Shown here: piece after piece, positions 62,946 to 64,000 of the stretch
Layout of the letters: each line of letters starts with the position of its first letter
Numbering within the stretch: the stretch's first letter is position 1
Assembly (NCBI GenBank): GCA_051294905.1
Contig: CM119371.1
Coordinates: forward strand, 11,284,001-11,348,000
Reading direction: 5' to 3'
Origin: Botryllus schlosseri
Lineage: Eukaryota
DNA: 64,000 nt
Made by a program: the position numbers and the translations under genes
Notes under the pieces: model-generated
The model's input: only the letters and a program-made list of their open reading frames with translations
What the model was told of the DNA's origin: nothing
Database searches by the model: none

Positions 62946-63682
62946 TTAGGTAGGGTTACCATACTTTGGAAACTAGAAAGGAGGACACGACAATTATCAA
63001 GGAAAAACGCGAATAACTCCGCTTCTACAAGTCGGAATTGACTCGAATTTGTTTTGCATCGTCTTTGAAGACAGCTCAACAATTTCATGAGGTTGACAGA
63101 AAAATTTGAGAATTTTTTTAAAAATATTTATTAATAAATTTAAAATTTCAATTCAAGATTGCACGGCCTTGACTGGTTGGAATTGAGCCAAATTTGGTGT
63201 GCATCGTTTTCTTGAACAACCTGACGATTTAGTCATTAGGCGAGTGAGATTTGGAAAAAAAAGTTTTTTTTGAACAACCCTAATGCACATTGCACATATG
63301 TACACACTAGAGCAGTGCTTTTGAACCTTTACTAACCTGCGTAACACTAACACTAATCTGAAAGCCGTAGAGAAACCCCAATTTTTCGCTGTGTTATGGA
63401 AACAAAATCAATCCAATTACGCAGCAAAAGCAGCAGCATGAGCAAGCCTTAACGCAATGAGCGCAGATATAATTGTTATGTTCTTGATCTTGTTTGAACA
63501 ATAACTCAATACGACGAGGTTGCAATATGAAATCAGTATATTATCAGCAGAATAACTTTAAGGCAGCGACACGATCCAGAGTGTAGTTAAATGAAAGACT
63601 GGTAGACAACAGAACACAGGATATAAATACAAAGCACGACACACGAGGAAATAATGATTGGCGGTAATTACTAATCCTAGAC

Positions 63683-64000
63683 CAGGGGTTCTCAAAGGGT
63701 GGGACATGGCCCACTGGTGGGCCACAGAGCATTTTGAGGTGGGCCGCAGAGCTATTTAGAAAATTTCAGAATGTAAGTTTAGTTATATCTCTTATGTTAT
63801 TCGCTAAAATTATATTCGTATTATCGAATTAAACGTAGACTACATAAAGCTTTTCATACAACTCTGATTAGACGTAGCGGCACGTACGAAGTCAACATGT
63901 ACAAATCGGAAACGTTAGGGAGAAACGGTGGCTTTTTTGTATACTGGCTATGACAACCTACGGCTAACAGTAACTAAAATAATTTCAAGCGTATAATAAC
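63683..64000. mobile_element. Inverted second copy of the 60598-61835 hAT element, running off the window
   Basis: Reverse complement of ~61520-61835, starting CAGGGGTTCTCAAAGGGTGGG. Confidence 0.9.

Overview
AT-rich, intron-containing animal genomic DNA (an invertebrate; ascidian-like is only a guess from the repeat landscape), with one 191-N assembly gap. The core content is a minus-strand tandem array of three diverged paralogous genes (A ~3.1-21 kb, B ~25.7-41 kb, C ~42.3-54.6 kb). A fourth copy probably starts beyond the right edge. Reconstructed by hand from GT-AG sites and splice phases, each encodes a small type I membrane protein: signal peptide exon (intact only in B; degenerate in C; not located in A), one to three Thr/Ser/Pro-rich mucin-like exons (all phase 1-1), a 103-nt transmembrane exon (identical length in all three), and a terminal exon with an acidic, tyrosine-motif cytoplasmic tail (conserved E[NY]EIY; ITSM-type TTYSVV in B). 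Introns are densely filled with non-autonomous hAT elements (many with verified 8-bp TSDs), degenerate hAT-Charlie transposase remnants, tRNA-derived SINEs, an R4/Dong-like RLE LINE fragment and two Penelope-like fragments. Each Penelope fragment carries a minimal hammerhead ribozyme with a U3-A8 core variant. No true tRNA/rRNA genes, CRISPR arrays or prokaryotic features were seen. No database searches were run.
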